Of a stretch of DNA of 33,352 nt, positions 25,184 to 33,352 are shown piece by piece. Both the position numbers and the translations under genes were made by a program. Source of the DNA: a virus (lineage: Duplodnaviria > Caudoviricetes); IMG/VR virus record IMGVR_UViG_3300037420_001055, positions 1 through 33,352 of that record, one strand, 5' to 3'. Position 1 is the stretch's first letter. The number at the start of each line of letters is the position of its first letter. The notes under the pieces were generated by a model. The model saw only the letters and a program-made list of their open reading frames with translations. It had not been told where the DNA came from and did not search any database.

Positions 25184-25770
25184 GCGGCGAGCTGCAGCAG
25201 TCGATCGCGGACGTGGCGAAAGCACATGCGGCGGACATCGCGCGCGAGGAGCAGATGGATCTGCTCGAGCCTATCACGCCCGAGGAGATGGTCGAAGCGC
25301 GCGAGGAGCTCGGCGCCGAGGCTGGGCGGCTCACTCTGCTGCGCCATGCCCGAGAAAAGCGCCGCGGCCGGCCCAAGGGCGCGCGCAACAAGCGAACCGA
25401 CGACCTGGCGAAGTACCTGCTGCAGTTCGGTGAGGATCCGCTGGTCGGCGCGATGCGCCTGGCGACGACGCAGCCCGAGATCCTGATCGAAGCGTCGAAA
25501 CAGGAAAAGGTTCACAGCTTCAGCAAGGGCGGCACGCCGCGCGTGGTAATCGAGCGGATGACTTACAGCGAAGCCCAGGCGCTGATCATGCGCGCTCGCG
25601 AGCTCGTCGCCCCATACATCCACGGCAAGAAGCCGGTGCAGCTCGTCCACGACTTTAGCGGGCTCAAGGATCTGGTGATCGAGGGCGTCACCCACACGCG
25701 CGAAGAGGTCGAGGACATCGTCGATGCCGATTTCATCGCGATCGAGGATCAGCGGGGGACCGAAGAGTGA
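25180..25770 (+). CDS. Terminase small subunit-like protein
   Basis: RGRPKGARNKRT motif, D-P-L and ARELVAPYIHGK motifs typical of genes upstream of terL. Confidence 0.65.
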   Translation: MSGELQQSIADVAKAHAADIAREEQMDLLEPITPEEMVEAREELGAEAGRLTLLRHAREKRRGRPKGARNKRTDDLAKYLLQFGEDPLVGAMRLATTQPEILIEASKQEKVHSFSKGGTPRVVIERMTYSEAQALIMRARELVAPYIHGKKPVQLVHDFSGLKDLVIEGVTHTREEVEDIVDADFIAIEDQRGTEE

Positions 25771-26330
25771 ACAAGTTGCAGCTACTCGTTTCCGGCCTCG
25801 AGCTGGCCAAAGAATTCTGCGCTGCGAACCGCCTGCGGAAGCCAGGCGTCGAGCTCTACGATCAAACGAATTGGCGCTTCCCTAGCACGTGCGCTTACTA
25901 CCGACCGGTCGCGATACACATCGCGCCGCACCGCTGCGCCCATATCGGCCGATCGGGACGTGCGTGGTCGTTTCCCGGTTATGTGATTGACCGGACACCG
26001 CATGGCGTCGTCCAGCACGAGCTTGGACACCATGCCGATCACACGCGCTCGGCCGTCAAGGGCGCCTACGGTGGAGATTTCAGCTCGGCCGTGCGCAAGG
26101 CGGCCGGCGAGCCAAAGCTCACGAATTACTGTCCGAACGACTGGGAATGGTTCGCGGAGATGTTTCGCCTCTTCGTGACCAATTCCGACCTCCTCCGAGC
26201 GGTGCGCCCCCGAACGCATGCTGCGCTGGTTGACGCCGGCTTTCGCCCTGTCGTCGATCGCCCATGGCGTGAGGTGCTGGCCGCCGCGCCCGATCGCACA
26301 ATCGAAATGGCGGCGAGGAAGGCCGCTTGA
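25767..26330 (+). CDS. Zincin-like metallopeptidase
   Basis: HELGH motif with a downstream Y..N..EWFAE.F...L....P.T segment. Confidence 0.7.
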   Translation: MNKLQLLVSGLELAKEFCAANRLRKPGVELYDQTNWRFPSTCAYYRPVAIHIAPHRCAHIGRSGRAWSFPGYVIDRTPHGVVQHELGHHADHTRSAVKGAYGGDFSSAVRKAAGEPKLTNYCPNDWEWFAEMFRLFVTNSDLLRAVRPRTHAALVDAGFRPVVDRPWREVLAAAPDRTIEMAARKAA

Positions 26331-27907
26331 CCCAGCTCCGCCGCCTTCGTTCGCCTGGACCGATCGCGGATGCGTTCCTGCACTCGCGGGCGTTCATCTC
26401 GGCCGCGATCGGACCGGTGGGCTCGGGCAAGTCGATGACTGCGGCGCAAAAGCTGCTCCGCGTCGGCGCGCTACAGGGCGGCCGGAAAGACGCGCACGGC
26501 ATCATCCGCCGCAAAGCGCGCTGCGGTGCGGTCCGCGAAAGCTACCCGAACATCGAAGCGAACATGTTGAAGACCTGGTTCAACATCGTCCCCGAAGAAG
26601 AGGGCAAGTTCAACTGGCGCGCGCCTTACGTCCACAAGTTCAGCAAGGTGCTGCGCCGCGACAGCGAGCATCGCCCGATCGATATTCTCGACATGGAAGT
26701 CGAATTCCGCGCGATCGGTGACAAGAGCGTCGAAGAAATCACCCGCGGCTGGGAAATCAACGCCTGCTGGATCGACGAATTCGACTTGCAGCCGCCCGAG
26801 CTAATCAGCTTCCTCTCAGGCCGCGTCGGCCGTTTTAGCGACCTTGATCCTACGCTCGTCGTCGATCCGCAAATGATCCTCACGCTCAATATGCCGTACA
26901 TGGACAACCATGCTTACCGGCTGCTCCTCGAGCAGGAGCTCGGCGAGTTCGATCCGGAGACGAACCCCGAGATGGCGTCGGCGCTGCAGGGCCGGCCTTT
27001 GCTCGAGACATTCGTGCAGCCCGGCGGCCGGGACCCCAAAGCGGAGAACATCCACAACCTGCCCGGCGCGACGCCCGAAAACCCGGAGGGTGGCCGAGGC
27101 TATTACGTGCTGCAGGTCGCCGCCAACAAGCATCGCCCGGGCTACGTCGACCGGATGATCGACAACAAGCCGGTGCCGATGCAGTTCGGGCAGCCGGTCA
27201 ACCCGGGCTTCAGCTATTCGGAGCACGTCCGCAAGCTCGAGTTCGATCCGCGCTTCCGGCTTATCGTGCCGATGGACCAGGGGCTCTACGCCGCGGCCGT
27301 CGCGCTGCAGCGCCTGGCGATGGGCCAGCTCCGCACCCTGCGCGAATGCGTGTTCATGCGCGAGGATGGCAAAGCGCTCGAGAAGATCGGGCCAACTGCG
27401 TTCGGCAAGGCGCTGAAGGCGATGCTGGCGCAGAATTTCCCGGACCTGGGCGCGCACGCCGTTCGGTTCGTTGCCGATCCGGCGGCCTTCGCGGCCGGCG
27501 ATCGCCTCGACAATGAGATGGACTGGATCCGCGCCGTCGAGAAGGTGCTGGGGGCGAAGATCCACCGCGCGAAGAGCAACTCGCCGCAGCTGCGCAACGA
27601 AGCAATCTGGCAGGCCCAGGACAAGCGTGACGGCTATGCGATCGATCCCAGCTGTAAGCACCTGATCCGCGCGCACCTGGGCGGCTATCACTACCGCAAG
27701 GCCGAGATGGCGGCGAGCGCGACGGGCGTCGAGCATCGCGGCCACCTCGAGATCGCCGACACGATCTACACGCACGTCGCCGACGCCGAGCAATATGGCG
27801 CGCTCGAGGGCCAGCATGTCGTCGCGGAGCTCCGCGGCCGCAACCCGAGCCAGCGGCGGACGATCGTCAACGACAGCAATTACGACATTCTGGGAGGTGT
27901 CAGATGA
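26327..27907 (+). CDS. terL: Terminase large subunit
   Basis: Walker A GPVGSGKS, Walker B CWIDE, nuclease acidic motifs (PMDQG, ADPA, HVADAEQY). TTG start. Confidence 0.92.
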   Translation: MTQLRRLRSPGPIADAFLHSRAFISAAIGPVGSGKSMTAAQKLLRVGALQGGRKDAHGIIRRKARCGAVRESYPNIEANMLKTWFNIVPEEEGKFNWRAPYVHKFSKVLRRDSEHRPIDILDMEVEFRAIGDKSVEEITRGWEINACWIDEFDLQPPELISFLSGRVGRFSDLDPTLVVDPQMILTLNMPYMDNHAYRLLLEQELGEFDPETNPEMASALQGRPLLETFVQPGGRDPKAENIHNLPGATPENPEGGRGYYVLQVAANKHRPGYVDRMIDNKPVPMQFGQPVNPGFSYSEHVRKLEFDPRFRLIVPMDQGLYAAAVALQRLAMGQLRTLRECVFMREDGKALEKIGPTAFGKALKAMLAQNFPDLGAHAVRFVADPAAFAAGDRLDNEMDWIRAVEKVLGAKIHRAKSNSPQLRNEAIWQAQDKRDGYAIDPSCKHLIRAHLGGYHYRKAEMAASATGVEHRGHLEIADTIYTHVADAEQYGALEGQHVVAELRGRNPSQRRTIVNDSNYDILGGVR

Positions 27908-28134
27908 AGCTTTTCAGCCCGAGCGGTGCTTTGGCGCGTCGATCGCTGCACAAGCTGTTCAAGCCGTCTGCCGGCGGCGGTGGATCGCTGCCGACGCCGA
28001 TCCGCGATGGCGCCGCCCCGGGCGATCCGGAGCGGCTGCGACAGTTGTCGCGTCGCCAAGGCGGTGCGGCCGACATCGTGACCGGTTCCTACGGCGCCGC
28101 GGGTGCCAGCGGCAAAAGCACACTTGGCAACTAG
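27904..28134 (+). CDS. Small virion-assembly-type protein (paralogue 1)
   Basis: RRQGGAADIVTGSYGA...GKSTLG; located between terL and portal. Confidence 0.6.
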   Translation: MKLFSPSGALARRSLHKLFKPSAGGGGSLPTPIRDGAAPGDPERLRQLSRRQGGAADIVTGSYGAAGASGKSTLGN

Positions 28135-28149
28135 CAGGAGCTCGCCACC

Positions 28150-28398
28150 ATGAACCCCTTTTCCTTAATCGGCGGCCTGATCGGCGGTCCGATCCTCAAG
28201 TCCATCTTCGGCAAGAAGAAGCCGAAGCAGCAGGAGACCATTCCCGCTCCGCTGCCGACGGCCACGCGCGACGACGCGCAGAGCGAAGCGGAGAAGCGCC
28301 TCGAACTCGCCCGCCGGCGCGGCGGCGCGGCCGACATCGTGACCGGCGCTTACGGCGCTGAAGCGCCCGCCGGCGGGAAGACAGTACTCGGTTCCTAA
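28150..28398 (+). CDS. Small virion-assembly-type protein (paralogue 2)
   Basis: AGGAG RBS; RRRGGAADIVTGAYGA...GKTVLG. Confidence 0.65.
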   Translation: MNPFSLIGGLIGGPILKSIFGKKKPKQQETIPAPLPTATRDDAQSEAEKRLELARRRGGAADIVTGAYGAEAPAGGKTVLGS

Positions 28399-28421
28399 AA
28401 CCCTCATTTGAACGGGAGAAA

Positions 28422-29093
28422 ATGAACATGGCTGAAGTCACCAAAGCCGAGCTGCAGCAGCAGCTCACCGACATGACGAACCGGGCGGCTGCCGCCGAAA
28501 CCCGGGTCGAGCAACTGACCGCGGATCTCGGTCGGGCAATCGAGCGCGCAGACCAGGAAGCGAAAGCGCGCCAGGAAGCGGCAGCCGAGCTTGAGAAAGC
28601 CGACACCGAAATCGGCGAACTTCGCAAGAGCCTCAAGGCCTACAAGGGATCCGCGACGAAGGCGCGGGGCGAGGTGACCGTGCTGCGCAAGCAAATCTCC
28701 CCACAGGCGCGGCCGATCGGCGCAATGAAGCCGGCGAAGAGCGACGAGGAGGCCGCGGCGCGCAGCGCGACGCTGGCGGCCGCTTTCGCCCAGGACACGC
28801 TCGAACTGGTCTTCTCTGATGGCAAGCGCGAGATCCGCGAGCTCGCGCCGCTGACCATCTCCGGCGACGCCTGGCGCATCATGCCGAGCCAGGGCCCCGA
28901 CGATCTCGGCCGCGTGCTCAACCACGAGCCGATCCTCGAGCCTGGCGACTGCCAGCGCGAGCAGTTCGATCTGAAGGGCTTCGCGCTGATCAACGAAGCC
29001 GGCCAACAGGTCGCCTACCGCGCCCTGCCGGATGCAATCCGCATCCGCCGCAACGAGCGGTTCCAGCTGCCGCACAACACCATCCGCTTCTAA
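28422..29093 (+). CDS. Coiled-coil hypothetical protein
   Basis: GGGAG RBS; heptad-rich N-terminal half and a beta-type C-terminal domain. Confidence 0.7.
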   Translation: MNMAEVTKAELQQQLTDMTNRAAAAETRVEQLTADLGRAIERADQEAKARQEAAAELEKADTEIGELRKSLKAYKGSATKARGEVTVLRKQISPQARPIGAMKPAKSDEEAAARSATLAAAFAQDTLELVFSDGKREIRELAPLTISGDAWRIMPSQGPDDLGRVLNHEPILEPGDCQREQFDLKGFALINEAGQQVAYRALPDAIRIRRNERFQLPHNTIRF

Positions 29094-29119
29094 CCGACGC
29101 GACGGGGGAGGTCCTTTTC

Positions 29120-30796
29120 ATGGCCGACAACATCCAGAACGAAGAGCTGGTCAAAGAGGACCTCCGCCGCCAGGAGCGGCTGGAAACGGAGCGCGCGCCT
29201 TATGAGAGCACGTTCCGCGACGCCGAGGCGCTTTGCGACCCGATGTCCGCCGGCGGCTTCAACAGCGGCGCGGGGCGCCACGGGCCAGAGCGCAACTATA
29301 ATTTCGACAGCACGGCGATGGATGGGCTCGACCGCTTCGACGCCGCGCTGGGCGCGGTCACCATGCCGAAGACCGAGCTCTGGCTCGGCCTCACCGTGTA
29401 CGACAAGGAATTGGCGCGCTCGCCTGCCGTTCAGCGTTGGCTCGAGCATGCCGCCGATCGCTGCTGGGACTGCATCTACGCACCGCATGCGAATTTCGGC
29501 GTCGCCACCAGTGAGGATCGCCGTGCGCTTGGCTGTTACGGCACCGGGCCACTGTGGGTCGACGAAGCCAAGGGTCGCGGGCTGTTCTTCCGCGGCCTGC
29601 ACATGAGCGAAACCTATATCGACATCGATTTTCGCGGCCGCGTCGACACAGTTCATCGGCCGTTCGAACTCACAGCGCGCCAGGCGGCGCAGATGTTCGG
29701 CCGCGAAAACCTCAGCCCGAAGATGCAGGACGCCGAGAAAAATCCGGCGAAGTGCGACAGCGACAAGTTCCAGGTCCTGCACGTCGTTCGGCCGAACGAC
29801 GGCTATCAGCCAGACATGCTCGACGCTCGGGGCAAGCCGATCGCGAGCCGCTACATCGCCAAGGACGAAAAATTCATCCTGCGCCAGGGCGGGTTTCACA
29901 CCATGCCGGTTCCGGTGTCGCGCAACTCGACCGCGCCCGGGCAGAAATACGGCAGCTCGCCGATGTTCAAGGTCATGGGCACTGCGCAGGGCCTCAACGA
30001 AATGGCGAAGACGATCCTGCGCGCCGGGCACAAGGCCGTGGATCCGCCGATCCTGTTCTTCGACGACGGGGACATCACCAAGCTGGTGACCAAGCCCGGC
30101 GGCCTCAACCCGGGCCTGGTCAACGAGGATGGCAGGCTGCTCGCGCAGCCGCTGCCGAGCGGCGGCCAGCATGGCATTGCGCGCGACATGCAGGAGGGTG
30201 AGCGCCAGGTCGTCAAAACCGCCTTCCTCGAGGATTTCTTCCGGATCCTTACCGATCCCGGCGATCGCTGGACCGCGACGCAGATCCTCGAGATGGTCGC
30301 AAAGCAGGGCGTGCTGATCGGACCATTCGCCGACCGGTATGAGACGGAGAAGGTCGGCGTGCTGGTCGAGCGGGTGCTCGACATCTTGATGCGCGCCGGC
30401 CAGATCGCGCCGATGCCGCCGGAGATGGTCGAGGCCGGCGCCTATCCCCTGGTCTATATGAAAAACCCGCTGGCGCGCATGGCCCGCGCGGGCGAGGCCG
30501 CAGGCTTCACCCGTCTGGTCGAAATCGGCGTGCAGATCGCCTCGGCCGGGCATCCTGAGGCGCTCGATCGCGTCGATTTCGACAAGGGCATGCTGGGCGT
30601 CGCGGAAGTGCTGGGCGTGCGGCCGAGCTGGATGTTGAGCGACGACGAGCTCGCCGCGCTTCGCCAGCAGCGCGAAGCCGACAAGCAGGCCGCCCAGGCG
30701 GCGGACGTCGTGCCCGCCGCCGCTGGCGCCGCGCTCGATCTCGCGCGCGCCAACCAGGTCGCGTCCCAGCTCGGCGCCGGCGGGGGTCTCGGGTGA
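29120..30796 (+). CDS. Portal / head-to-tail connector (T7 gp8/BPP-1-like)
   Basis: 558 aa; FDSTA, YGTG, G.VDTV.R, YG.SP, AVDPP and TATQI motifs of podoviral head-tail connectors. Confidence 0.92.
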   Translation: MADNIQNEELVKEDLRRQERLETERAPYESTFRDAEALCDPMSAGGFNSGAGRHGPERNYNFDSTAMDGLDRFDAALGAVTMPKTELWLGLTVYDKELARSPAVQRWLEHAADRCWDCIYAPHANFGVATSEDRRALGCYGTGPLWVDEAKGRGLFFRGLHMSETYIDIDFRGRVDTVHRPFELTARQAAQMFGRENLSPKMQDAEKNPAKCDSDKFQVLHVVRPNDGYQPDMLDARGKPIASRYIAKDEKFILRQGGFHTMPVPVSRNSTAPGQKYGSSPMFKVMGTAQGLNEMAKTILRAGHKAVDPPILFFDDGDITKLVTKPGGLNPGLVNEDGRLLAQPLPSGGQHGIARDMQEGERQVVKTAFLEDFFRILTDPGDRWTATQILEMVAKQGVLIGPFADRYETEKVGVLVERVLDILMRAGQIAPMPPEMVEAGAYPLVYMKNPLARMARAGEAAGFTRLVEIGVQIASAGHPEALDRVDFDKGMLGVAEVLGVRPSWMLSDDELAALRQQREADKQAAQAADVVPAAAGAALDLARANQVASQLGAGGGLG

Positions 30797-31101
30797 GCGA
30801 AGACCCGTTCATTGCCCGCGCGCGCCAGGTTGCGCTCAATGCCCTGCGCAAAATGGCGATCCTTCGCGCCCGTTCCTACCGGCGCGTGTTCACTCGCGAG
30901 GGTGCGATCGATCGCGACTGCGAGATCGTGCTCGCAGATCTGCGCGACTTCTGTTGCGGCAACGCGACGACATTCTCAGCCGATCCCTATGTGTCCGCGC
31001 GGCGGCAGGGGCGGCGGGAAGCATGGCTGCGGATAATGCAGCACCTCAACCTGGACGAGGAGCGTGTCCAGAAGCTCGTGGAGCTCGACGATGGTTTATG
31101 A
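30793..31101 (+). CDS. Conserved small protein after the portal (Bbp19-like)
   Basis: Y..VF....VLADL..FC......F..D......GRR...L.I motif. Confidence 0.75.
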   Translation: MSEDPFIARARQVALNALRKMAILRARSYRRVFTREGAIDRDCEIVLADLRDFCCGNATTFSADPYVSARRQGRREAWLRIMQHLNLDEERVQKLVELDDGL

Positions 31102-32086
31102 TGGCGATGATGGCGATGGTGGCGGGGATGGCGGAAGCGGCGGCGACAGCGGCCTCGACGGAGCGGCGGCGGCATTGGCCGGCGGCGATGGTGGGGGAGC
31201 AGGCGGTGGCGATGGAGGCAGCGGAGACGGTGGCGGCGGCAGCGGCGGCGATGGGGGTGCCGGCGAGGCCGCCTGGCTCGAGCATTTCTCTGCCGAGGGC
31301 GGGGATGCGGAAAATCCGTCGAACCGCGACTGGCTGAAGGCGAAGGGCTTCAAGACGCTCGACGATTTGGCGAAGAGCTACCGCGAGGCGGAACATACGA
31401 TCCGCAACGGCGGCAAGCTGACGATCCCCGGCGCCGACGCGAAGCCCGAGGAGATCGCCGCGTTTCGAAAGGCGATCGGCGTTCCGGACAAGGTCGACGA
31501 CTATGCGTTCGAGATGCCCGAGGGTGTGACCGAGGAGCTGCTCGACATGCCGCTGCTCGGCTCGATCAAGGAGAAAGCGTTCGAGGCCGGGGTGCCGGCG
31601 GCCGGCTTCAAGTCGTTGGTCGAAGGCGTGATCCAGCAGCAGCTCGACGCGATCGAGGCGTCGCGCACCGCGGAGAACGGCAGTCGCGACGAGCTGTTCA
31701 AGGAATGGGGAGGGCAGAAGGACGCGAAGATGGCCGACGTCCAGAATGCAATGCGCGCGCTCGACCTTAAACCGCTCGACGTCGCGGCGATCCAGCGGGG
31801 CTTTGCCATGCAATATGGCGAACCCGGATCGAAGCGGACGCTCGAGCTGCTGCAGCGGCTCGGCGCCGGGCTGGCCGAGGACACGCTGCTCGGCGGCGAC
31901 GGGCCCAAGCGCTTCGGCATCACCGGCGAAGCGGCCCAGGCGGAGATCGACAAGCTGATCGTCGACACCGAATTCGGCAAGAAGCTCACCGCCAAGGATC
32001 CGGAGGCCGTGGCTCGTTGGGATCGGCTCAACGCTGCGGTGGCGGCCGATCGCGAGCGGAAGGAGCGTCAGGCCGCGGCTGCATAG
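31091..32086 (+). CDS. Capsid scaffolding/assembly protein
   Basis: Gly/Asp-rich N-terminus; KGFKTLDDLAKSY..AE, G.P...DDY and KEWG motifs; lies between portal and capsid. Confidence 0.8.
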   Translation: MVYDGDDGDGGGDGGSGGDSGLDGAAAALAGGDGGGAGGGDGGSGDGGGGSGGDGGAGEAAWLEHFSAEGGDAENPSNRDWLKAKGFKTLDDLAKSYREAEHTIRNGGKLTIPGADAKPEEIAAFRKAIGVPDKVDDYAFEMPEGVTEELLDMPLLGSIKEKAFEAGVPAAGFKSLVEGVIQQQLDAIEASRTAENGSRDELFKEWGGQKDAKMADVQNAMRALDLKPLDVAAIQRGFAMQYGEPGSKRTLELLQRLGAGLAEDTLLGGDGPKRFGITGEAAQAEIDKLIVDTEFGKKLTAKDPEAVARWDRLNAAVAADRERKERQAAAA

Positions 32087-32174
32087 GTTGGCCGGGCCCA
32101 ACCACGCCAACCGTGGCCCGGCGGGTTGACCAACGTCTGTTGTGGCATTAGCGCCCGCCGCGCGCTAAATTTTC

Positions 32175-32204
32175 GGGAGGGTCTTGACGGCCCTCCCTTT
32201 TTTT
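32175..32204 (+). terminator. Rho-independent terminator
   Basis: Stem GGGAGGGTC / GGCCCTCCC, 5-nt loop, followed by T7. Confidence 0.75.
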
Positions 32205-32402
32205 GTGAGCCGCGTGTGTATCGCCTCTTCGGGGGAGCTCATCCGAGCTCGGGGAGGAGCAGCGCCGCCCAAGCCTGGAATGGCCGCGGACCTGGTGTGG
32301 ATGCACCCGCCGATCGCGGGCGGTAAACGATAGAGGCGGCCGGACCATTTGGTCCCCAAGCCCTTCGCAATCTGGCTTCAACCATTTTGACGGAGGGCAG
32401 CA

Positions 32403-33344
32403 ATGTCCAACCAGGTCCCGACGACTTTCGTCACCCAGTTCCAGAACAACATGCGCCTCGCGCTCAACCAGAAGCAGGCGAAGCTCTTTCCGATGGTGCC
32501 CGCGCGCGACGCCGCCAACGGCACCGGCGGCGGCAACCTCGTCGAGCTCGACGACATCGTCGGACACGTCCAGAGCCGCAAGGGAAGCGGCGACGGACGT
32601 CACGGCGACGTCCAGTACGCCAACACGGCCCACACCCGAGTGTGGATCGCCAAGCCCGACTTCGATTATTACGCGGACCTCGTCGACACCAACGACCAGG
32701 TGCAGGCGAAAATCCAGATCGCCAGCGGCTACATGCAGACGGCGGTCGCAACGATCCAGCGCGCCAAGGACGATGCCGTCCTCGGCGGCTTCTTCGGCAA
32801 CATGATCACCGGCGCCACCGGTCAGACGCTGGTCCCGTTCCCGGCGGGCAACGTGATCGCCAATGACGTCGGCGGCGTCGCAGGCACGCCGACGGGGCTC
32901 AACGTCGCCAAGGTCCGCGCCGCCGCGAAGCTGCTCGGCCAGCAGTTCAACGACAGCGACGAAGAAGCCTTCATGGTCGTCACGGCCGACGACAAGGACC
33001 AGCTGCTGCAGGAAGCGCTGTTCATCAACATCGACTTCGGCGCCACCGGCAACGAGCTGCAGGGCGGCCAGCTGCGCAAGCTGATGGGCTTTCAGTTCAT
33101 CGAGCTGGAGAGCGAAAACCCGCTCTACTGGAACGCGGGCCTGCTCGACGCCGGCGGCGGTGTTCGCAAGACGCCGTTCTGGAAGAAGTCGGGCCTCGCC
33201 AGCTATGCCTGGTGGGACGCGAAGACCTCGATCGACGTGCTGCCGACCAAGCATTTCACGCGGCAGGTCTATGCGTCGATCTGCGTCGGCGTCACCCGCA
33301 CCGACAGCGGCAAGGTCGGCTACATCCTCGACAAGCGCAACTAG
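32403..33344 (+). CDS. Major capsid protein
   Basis: 313 aa; VPTTFVTQF...L.LNQK..KL, D..D, R.KDD, G.L..LMGF.FI motifs of BPP-1-like capsids; GGAGGG RBS. Confidence 0.9.
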   Translation: MSNQVPTTFVTQFQNNMRLALNQKQAKLFPMVPARDAANGTGGGNLVELDDIVGHVQSRKGSGDGRHGDVQYANTAHTRVWIAKPDFDYYADLVDTNDQVQAKIQIASGYMQTAVATIQRAKDDAVLGGFFGNMITGATGQTLVPFPAGNVIANDVGGVAGTPTGLNVAKVRAAAKLLGQQFNDSDEEAFMVVTADDKDQLLQEALFINIDFGATGNELQGGQLRKLMGFQFIELESENPLYWNAGLLDAGGGVRKTPFWKKSGLASYAWWDAKTSIDVLPTKHFTRQVYASICVGVTRTDSGKVGYILDKRN

Positions 33345-33352
33345 GAATAACC

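Larger units (their letters stand above)
1..33352. mobile_element. Temperate podovirus-like bacteriophage (partial genome spanning attP)
   Basis: Continuous phage gene content: T7/BPP-1-like portal, capsid, internal virion proteins and tail fibre, lysis cassette, tyrosine integrase, cI/cro switch, primase-helicase and terminase. No host housekeeping genes seen. Confidence 0.95.

Noticed and set aside
28060-28360. Possible diversity-generating retroelement TR/VR pair, given the BPP-1-like virion genes
   Set aside because: No reverse transcriptase in the window, the repeat is short, and the differences are not adenine-specific.
31091-31265. GGC/GAT-rich tandem-like repeats
   Set aside because: Explained by the low-complexity Gly/Asp N-terminus of the scaffold protein.

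Overview
GC-rich temperate podovirus-like phage, probably infecting an alphaproteobacterium (Sphingomonadaceae-like; inferred from composition and the tRNA-Gly fragment). The window seems to be part of the excised/circular form or a tandem junction, because the attachment site has phage genes on both sides. Order: internal virion proteins and tail fibre (1-5432); lysis cassette with holin candidates, endolysin and overlapping spanins (5472-7515); attP with the 5' half of tRNA-Gly(TCC) (about 7520-7735); tyrosine integrase and a leftward early operon (7764-14191); two paralogous XRE repressors, a cro-like gene and five 17-bp operators (14226-15352); rightward early genes interrupted by an 873-aa glycoside hydrolase/lectin protein; primase, SF3-like helicase and a GGGAAC iteron origin (20056-24170); terminases, portal, scaffold and major capsid (25180-33344). 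The most unusual signal is a second attP-like site (arm motifs, IHF-like site and core palindrome) at 24388-24474, 16.8 kb from attP in direct orientation. The two sites bracket exactly the integrase-immunity-replication module. All product calls come from motif recognition by eye; no database searches were run.
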